From Candidatus Obscuribacterales bacterium (GTDB lineage Bacteria > Cyanobacteriota > Vampirovibrionia > Obscuribacterales > Obscuribacteraceae), in NCBI GenBank assembly GCA_965228855.1, contig CBDDIJ010000003.1, forward strand, positions 2,496,001 through 2,560,000: a stretch of 64,000 nucleotides of DNA. Direction: 5' to 3'. This document shows positions 61,101 to 64,000 of the stretch, piece by piece. The stretch's first letter is position 1, and each line of letters starts with the position of its first letter. Made by a program: the position numbers and the translations under genes. The notes below the pieces were generated by a model that searched no databases, was not told the origin of the DNA, and saw only the letters and a program-made list of their open reading frames with translations.

Positions 61101-61374
61101 AGCCGGTTAAGGCATCCTCAGACAGGTACATACGCTTGGGCGGCTTGCTCGGATCCTGGTCTTGTTGAGGCTGTTGACTCTGTTGATTCTTTTCGCGCTC
61201 GATGTCCCAAGACCGCAAGACACCATCGATGCGCACGAAGGTTAGGTCAGGGAGCGGCCAACTGTGCAACTGGGCTCCGTCGAACGGTGTGACCTCGAGG
61301 TCATCAAGGTCATAGCGCCTGAGGTCGGCGATTTTCTCTTCCCAAATGTTGCGGTCTCTAGATGTACTCACCAA
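58174..61374 (-). CDS. HerA/FtsK/VirB4-superfamily P-loop ATPase (DUF87-like)
   Basis: HTIVCGVTGGGKT Walker A, VIEPAKSEY, LNPFE, MLIEEAHRLL Walker B, EIRSYG, IADQIP. Confidence 0.9.
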   Translation of the reverse strand: MVSTSRDRNIWEEKIADLRRYDLDDLEVTPFDGAQLHSWPLPDLTFVRIDGVLRSWDIEREKNQQSQQPQQDQDPSKPPKRMYLSEDALTGLHSQKANLSFVVLGNKTGVNYYMGVSLPADSTGNGDSSANMVAYTSLRSIMHSVYNGVDIHNEPFTTEQMKRMVDPLAVHTGLVTGIPALKSTAGDTMESEQIERLATGLQGHDFGFLVLAIPIPNQKVNREEMTVVDQIQRAQENEDPEKKRRIKYYLELQDAYLKHVQLGIAVGHWLTAVYFFAPDRSVFVRLQSLIRATYVDETSRPTPLRTHEIKGLQPHVQSFGLLRNKRNDEIFQDLLEYKFLTPLNSRMLSAFVHLPKREMPGFRIRRSAEFSLAPVPPKDPTRTIAIGNILDRGMDTGNLYYIDVDAMQKHTIVCGVTGGGKTNTCFYLLGQLWNYKIPFMVIEPAKSEYRHMMLMSEQFKGIGQAFSLGDETVSPFRLNPFEIMRGVKVQTHLDALKSVFNASFEMYSPMPQVLEKALNEIYNVRGWDLVNNKNRRLPPGIDPGDPDCPPEIYPTMKDLFEIIDPVVESFGYSERIGPDVQAALKARIGSLLIGGKGQMLNTRRSIPAEALFKRPTVIELKMVSEDSEKSFLMGMLLVFLYEYREAGGPHDDLKHVMLIEEAHRLLKNVPTGQSGESANPAGKAVEFFTNMLAEIRSYGQGFIIADQIPNKLAPEALKNTNLKVMHRIVAVDDRDSMGGAMNLDDIQKRHVTALGQGRAIVYAEKMEQPFHLAIMFDKTKEVPPPRTPEESDEVVRQAMKPLDIVGKFDRHLGCRFCLHRCDSTILDTAVPVADDTLFRQVYNRYLLSTLKDLTQLVHFRAQIIHEIQRVIGGRARTGNITGITWCVLTQATERYFERKGEENYWFYDQVREQHMRWLNLLRPAFQPTEVNRKLDINVLRQWRDDFIELHKRDQGPLPTCGPCTSKCLYRFEVSEVVRDPKIKFDFNSSINRKDTPASDSAAWFCRLLTERLVSQGDVDLAYCLAAHLIKDQQLSTDAQLVLLHKVRTALENFQKESEEGGGEQQG

Positions 61375-61544
61375 TCAAGGAATCCTGTAGACGACGTTCT
61401 GTGTAATGACTTCTTGTACTAATTGAATTACTGATCTAACTATACACGTGACTCATCTAAAACTCTGCTCCTGTCAGTAAATATGCCCCTTTGCCCTTCG
61501 CAGATCCGAAGATTACCGAGCGGCGACTGATAATTGTTCGCATC

Positions 61545-63515
61545 TCAGCCACCGCCACCGGGAGTGGCGAACCCGCCTTGGGTCGGCATGCCCTGCGGCA
61601 TAGCTCCTTGCGGTGGATAGCCTTGCTGTTGCGGATAACCTTGCTGCGGATAACCTTGTTGGGGGGCGACCTGCTGTTGTGGGTAGCCCTGCTGAGGGAA
61701 GCCTGGCTGTCCCTGCGGATTCTGCTGACCAGACATCCCGGGCGGCTGCGAGCCTTGCAGTCCCGTCGCACCCGGTTGGGCCATCAATTGATTCGGCAAG
61801 CCGGCTCGCCATGTCCCTTTCAGTCGCTCCTCATCTGTTTTTCTCCAGGAATAACTACCTGAGGCAAAGGAGCCATCCTGATTCTGCCCGATCGTTCCGC
61901 TAAAAAGAATCGGCCATATGTAGCCGACTGAGTCGTACTGCTTCTGCAGCGATATTATGTTTCCTTTGGAAACTTCGCCGGTAAGCGTGAAATCACCTAC
62001 ATTGTCGCGCCCCTTACCACTTATGCTTTTGCCGGATTGCCTGATCTCTACTCCAAAACTCTGAAAAGGTTGCCCACCTTCAGAATCAGTTAGAAGGACC
62101 ATCCATTGAGATGGCAATGCAGCACCATTAGCAGTGGCACCTCCCATTAACTGCCCACCACTGAGTTCACCAAGTTTGGTGTACACCACAAAGCCGATCA
62201 CAGCTAAAACACCAACGACGCCAACCATGGCGGCAACCATTGCCAGTGGATTTTTCTTAGGTTTAGGTCGCGCGGCAGCCTTTGCCTCTGCCCTCATCTT
62301 GCCAATATCAATCTCCTGTTCCAGAGGTGCTCGTTTGGGATTAAACACACTTCGCTCTCTCGGCTTCTCGATCAGCAGGGCATCACCTGCGGTATCATCA
62401 TCTTCAGCCTCGTTAGAGACAGATGGTCCTTGAATGAACTTCGATCGAAACTCATCGCGTCCTTCCGGCGTTTCGAAACCTATGACGCCGCTGCTTTGCA
62501 GCGCGCCTTGCATGCGCAGTGCCGCGATTCTGCTAAGTCCCTCTTCAAAGGATAATCTGCTGTCGATGTTTAAAGAAGATTCGTTGTGCTGATCACTATC
62601 ATCGCCGTCATTGTTCGCATCATGAAATGACAGAGCGTTGGCTGAAAGCGAGACCGCGCTTAAAGGCAATTCTTGCACAAAGACAATATTGAAATCACTT
62701 GAGGCGGGAAGCAAACCAAATACGGGCACACCGGCAGCTGCCTCCTGAGCTTGTGTGAGACATATCGTCTGACCATCGTTTTCCTGGACAACCAGCAATA
62801 GCGAGTCGGCAAGCATGAATGATGGATAAGCTGTACGAACGATCTTCGATGTCTTGCCAGTCGCATCCGAGGACTCTGATTTAGCAACTGCTCCTCTAAA
62901 CGACGCGGGTTCCACATCCTGTAATGAACTATCCGAAGCGGGTGCAATTACTTGCTCCGACGAATTTCGCTGTATCTCGGCAGACGAAGAAACAACCGCA
63001 TCCGCGCCGATTTGAGCAACTGTGCTCTCGGAAGAAGAAGAAGAAGAAGAAACAAGTTCGCGGGCAGAAGGCTCAGAGGTACGAATCGCAGCTCTGAAAA
63101 AATCGTTCTTCTCATCACCTTTTGCTGGTTGCGGTGGTCCGAAGTCAGCAAACATGCCCTCGGCCAGAAGCGTTTGGCTCATAGGCTTACTTTCATCAGC
63201 ACGCTGAACATCCCCGGGGTCCTGGAGAAAAGCACGACTTCCGTGAAACTGCCTCGGTTTTGGAGTCAGGGCGTCTTTGAATTTACACCTGGTAACAACC
63301 CGCTCCATTACCAAAGGATCGTTCTCCGGACGCAGATGCTGGGGGCTCGAAGCAGGCGCACGTTGAATAACCAGGTTGGGCATTACGGTCGGAGAGTACC
63401 GCGACATTACGCTGCCGCAGTCACGACAATTTTTCACTCGCTGCCTGAGGACGACGCCGCAATGCTGGCAAATCAACAGGCCTGCGTTCGCGTCCTGCGT
63501 CCACTTATTGTTCAT
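61545..63515 (-). CDS. Zn-ribbon single-pass membrane protein with beta domain and GYPQQ tail
   Basis: CQHC..CRDC, long S/E-rich linker, KPKK + TM, beta-rich domain, QGYPQ repeats. Confidence 0.75.
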   Translation of the reverse strand: MNNKWTQDANAGLLICQHCGVVLRQRVKNCRDCGSVMSRYSPTVMPNLVIQRAPASSPQHLRPENDPLVMERVVTRCKFKDALTPKPRQFHGSRAFLQDPGDVQRADESKPMSQTLLAEGMFADFGPPQPAKGDEKNDFFRAAIRTSEPSARELVSSSSSSSESTVAQIGADAVVSSSAEIQRNSSEQVIAPASDSSLQDVEPASFRGAVAKSESSDATGKTSKIVRTAYPSFMLADSLLLVVQENDGQTICLTQAQEAAAGVPVFGLLPASSDFNIVFVQELPLSAVSLSANALSFHDANNDGDDSDQHNESSLNIDSRLSFEEGLSRIAALRMQGALQSSGVIGFETPEGRDEFRSKFIQGPSVSNEAEDDDTAGDALLIEKPRERSVFNPKRAPLEQEIDIGKMRAEAKAAARPKPKKNPLAMVAAMVGVVGVLAVIGFVVYTKLGELSGGQLMGGATANGAALPSQWMVLLTDSEGGQPFQSFGVEIRQSGKSISGKGRDNVGDFTLTGEVSKGNIISLQKQYDSVGYIWPILFSGTIGQNQDGSFASGSYSWRKTDEERLKGTWRAGLPNQLMAQPGATGLQGSQPPGMSGQQNPQGQPGFPQQGYPQQQVAPQQGYPQQGYPQQQGYPPQGAMPQGMPTQGGFATPGGGG

Positions 63516-64000
63516 TAGCTGGCCTTGTCGCTATCGCTGTCTCTATCCTTGCTCTTCTTGCTCTTCTTCTTATCGCCGAAACTATCAGTGATGGCGTGCA
63601 TTTTCTCAACCAACTTGCGATTGATCTTCTTCTCCGAGATGTCTTTGAAGTCAGGCGCCCTCATCTTAAAGACACCAGCTACGGTACCAACTCTGTAACA
63701 GAAATACGTCTGAATTTCTTGACCGACGATTCTGTCGATATTCAGCTTTTCTTCGTCCATAATCAACTCGAACTGTGGCGAAGTGTTGACCTGGTTAAAG
63801 AAGTTCTGAATCGTCTGGTGTTTGATCTTTCGTCCATCCACACGGAACATCTGCGGACCAAGCATATCGCCGTCCTTCTTAGAAAGTGCGAAGACAGCCA
63901 TGGTGCCCATATTGATCGTCAGTTGGTTTCTGTAGTCCTCGGGAAGGTGTTGCAGAGTTTTGATACTGCCGACGAAACCAATCTGGTACCGACGAGTTTC
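63515..64000 (-). CDS. Hypothetical protein, 3' part only
   Basis: Frame open to window end (ETRRYQIGFVG..); TAA overlaps next ATG (TAATG). Confidence 0.75.
   Translation of the reverse strand, partial: ETRRYQIGFVGSIKTLQHLPEDYRNQLTINMGTMAVFALSKKDGDMLGPQMFRVDGRKIKHQTIQNFFNQVNTSPQFELIMDEEKLNIDRIVGQEIQTYFCYRVGTVAGVFKMRAPDFKDISEKKINRKLVEKMHAITDSFGDKKKSKKSKDRDSDSDKAS

Noticed and set aside
58174..61374. Known HerA defence system (Sir2-HerA, DUF4297-HerA) or NurA-HerA
   Set aside because: No recognisable nuclease or Sir2 partner within the window; not excluded beyond the edge

Overview
Bacterial chromosomal window of about 50% GC by eye. The gene style suggests Cyanobacteriota, possibly non-photosynthetic Melainabacteria; that is an unverified impression. 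Bases 1-29 kb hold mostly ordinary envelope, regulatory and transport genes: lnt, an LptF/G permease, a vWA protein, a divergent OmpR-type regulator and PAS histidine kinase, a FecR-like protein, an EEP phosphatase, an arylsulfatase, tRNA-His, feoB with a Fur-like box, an M16 peptidase, a LysM membrane protein, a DinG helicase, USP plus PiT, and a GT9 glycosyltransferase. Bases 29-57.5 kb hold three adjacent paralogous giant proteins (about 1420-1460, 1835 and 5941 aa). None has a signal peptide and their repeat-rich bodies are unrelated. All end in LysM-like domain(s) plus a shared ~95-aa C-terminal domain I cannot name; the two larger ones also share a DPxTG motif, a second LysM and a Zn ribbon. 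A convergent gene run follows, with a large HerA/FtsK/VirB4-type ATPase carrying two CxxCxxxC motifs and a Zn-ribbon membrane protein. This block is the best candidate for an undescribed export or surface-display system. All domain calls are by eye; no database searches were run.
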